Source of the DNA: Azolla caroliniana
Taxonomy: Eukaryota; Plantae; Polypodiophyta
Length of the DNA stretch: 64,000 bases
NCBI GenBank assembly: GCA_043228905.1
Contig: JBHGNT010000003.1
Coordinates: 620,001-684,000 of the forward strand
Reading direction: 5' to 3'
In this document: one piece after another, positions 61,760-64,000 of the stretch
Layout: every line of letters begins with the position of its first letter
Numbering within the stretch: position 1 is the stretch's first letter
Position numbers and translations under genes: made by a program
Notes under the pieces: generated by a model
The model's input: the letters and a program-made list of their open reading frames with translations, nothing else
Databases searched by the model: none
Told to the model about the DNA's origin: nothing

Positions 61760-64000
61760 GCGTGGGTTCTCGCCCTCGATCGGACCCAGCACGGCGTGGC
61801 CTTCTCGATGACATCCTTACAAAACGCTCTTCCCCAAGAGGACAATCGCTTTCGCCAAGCTCTCCAATGCACGTCGTGTTCAGGATCAGGGCACCTAGCC
61901 CTCGAATGTCCCCACCGACCACAGTGTCCGATCTGTCAGTCTCGAGCTCACACCGTCGAGCAGTGCGAATATAATATGTTGAACCGCACAACGACGGCAC
62001 CGGTCCGCCAGATCGAGCCAAGAAATACATACTCTCGGCAGGACGAGCGATATGCCTACCGAGACCAGGATAACGACCGACCGCGATTCCCGGATCGACG
62101 GCGCCGAGACGACGACTACCGACGTGATGACCGTCGTGATCACTGTCGCGATGATCAGCACGACGATTATGCTCGATATGATGACGATCGCGATGACCGG
62201 TATGACCGACAGAACTCACGCAATGATCGGCGAAACGGCAACCGCAACTCACGCAACAATAGAAGACATAACGACAACCGCCGACGAGACGCTCCTCAAA
62301 ATGACCAACGCAACTCCAACGCACCTTGGACCAACCCACCACCAAACGAGACTGGGAATCAACAACAACAGCTTCCACTCACAGACCGAGCGGACACCAG
62401 CAGCTCGGCCAACGTTACGTGTTTTAAATGTAACCAACCAGGCCACTACGCCACGCAATGTCCAACAACCGACCGTGGCAAGGCACCCGCGGTGAACAGT
62501 ATCATGGCCGATGTTCAAACCGTCACTACCCGGAGTAAAGCTCCTACTCCAACTCCAAGAGTTTGATTTCCTACTCCAAGAGTTTGATTTCCAGATTCAG
62601 CATCGACCCGGGATACAACACGTCGTCGCCGACTACTTGAGCCGTCTTGAGTCAGGGGAACCGGCGAAAACAACGTATGACGAGCTACCGGATGCCAGCC
62701 TATTTAACCTGACCACGATGCCAGACGATAACGAAGATGAATGGATCACGGAGATGGCCCATTTTCTCACTACCGGTTTACCTCCCGAGCACATGCCCCT
62801 TGACACGAGAAAACGCCTAGCAGTGTGTAGCCGGAATTTTTGCCTCGTCTCGGACATTCTCTACCACAAAGGCTCGGACGGCATATGGCGCCGAGCGATT
62901 CAGCAATTCGAGAAGAACGCCGTTCTTCAGGAAGCCCACCAGGGAGTAGCTAGGGGGCACTACGTCGGGGATTCCACGGCAAGGAAAGTTTGGCAAAGCG
63001 GATTGTGGTGGCCGACAACGAAGAGAGACGCTCACGAGTTTTGCCGGCAGTGCGATTTGTGCCAATGATTGGGGCAACCAATGGAACAGTCACGCATGCC
63101 ACACCAGCCGATTCTTCCGTTGGACCCATTTCAAAAATGGGGTTTGGATTTTGTAGGCCCTTTCAAACCACCCGCGGCCCGTACAGGGAATAGGTATATT
63201 ATCGTTGCCACGGACTACTACACCAAATGGGTCGAGGCTAAGGCACTCCGAGACAACACGGGGGCATCCACGGCTCAATTCATGTACGAGCATCTTTGGT
63301 GCCGTTACGGATGCCCAATTGAGCTCGTTAGTGACCAAGGTGGGCACTTCATCAATCATATAATACGTGAGCTTACACACCACTACGCGGTGGTACACAA
63401 GAAAAGCACACCATACTACCCGCAGGCGAACGGCTTGGCGGAATCAACCAATAAAATCCTCCAAACCATACTGAAGAAGATCGTCAATGAAAACAGGACC
63501 GATTGGGATGACAAACTCTAGAGCGCGTTGTGGGCGTATCGTACGAATTTCAAAACAAGCATCCAATCAACCCCCTTTCGAATGGTGTTCGGGTTAGAAG
63601 CCATAATGCCCGTCGAGTTCCAAGTCCCGAGCCTCCGAATTCAAATCAAAGCACGGCTCCCCGAGGCCCAATCCGAGCAATACCGGCTGGAACAACCCCT
63701 CGAACTCGGCGAAGACAAGATAGAGAGTATGGCCCAGCTCGAACAACGCCAACGACAACGCAAGGCTTTCGTGGATTGACATCGAAACGGGTTGGAGAAG
63801 GAGCTCACCATCGGCAAACCGGTTCTTCTTTTTCAAACACGACTCGAGTCAATGCCGGGAAAATTAAGATTTCGGTGAACCGGTCCATTCTGGATTATCG
63901 ACGAGTTCAACGGGACGTTCCAGCTCGGCACACTCGCCGGCGACACTGTCAAAAGTTGGGCCAATGGTTTCCGACTTCGACCATATCGAGGCACTACACC
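61760..64000 (+). mobile_element. Ty3/Gypsy retrotransposon fragment: gag C-terminus fused to RNase H end and integrase (PR-RT deleted); runs off window
   Basis: Knuckles CTSC...H....C, CPIC...H....C and CFKCNQPGHYATQC. Then LQEFDF.IQHRPG...ADYLSR. Integrase motifs H...GH...WWP...C..CQ, WGLDFVGPF, TDYYTKWVEA, SDQG.HF, YYPQANGLAE. Premature stops at 63066, 63519, 63777 and ~63876. Confidence 0.93.

Noticed and set aside
61755-62518. Overlapping alternative-frame ORFs (207, 147 and 89 aa) over Gypsy gag
   Set aside because: Expected artefacts of GC-rich, repetitive Arg/Asp codons.

Overview
Eukaryotic land-plant nuclear DNA: AT-rich, GT-AG spliceosomal introns, CpG-depleted transposon debris. 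The gene set and repeat style suggest a seed-free vascular plant such as a fern; this is inference only. I assembled seven host genes by hand: gamma-secretase APH1 (-, 6 exons), a Ser/Arg-rich zinc-knuckle protein (-), a small uncharacterised protein (+), a SHINE/WIN1-type AP2/ERF (+, 2 exons), the meiotic ERCC1-like PARTING DANCERS (+, 7 exons), an F-box/kelch-type protein (-), and a 4-exon, ~20-kb Cys/Met-metabolism PLP enzyme gene (-, 394 aa). There is also an intact 683-aa hAT-transposase-derived ORF that has lost its catalytic Glu. Mobile DNA includes a decayed L1 LINE, RTE-like LINE fragments (one with a 4x242-bp array), a young Copia element with LTRs, TSD and PBS but with RT/RNase H internally deleted, a deleted Gypsy element, a Mutator-type MITE with 9-bp TSD in the PTD promoter, and hAT-like ends. 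The most interesting locus is the PLP-enzyme gene. It does not match the canonical plant CGS, CBL or MGL signatures and looks bacterial-like (possible horizontal acquisition). It lacks a conserved loop, has a probable 10-kb GC-AG intron and a Met-rich uORF, and its exons 2-3 are bracketed by inverted LINE copies in circRNA-type geometry. All family assignments come from recalled motifs, not database searches.
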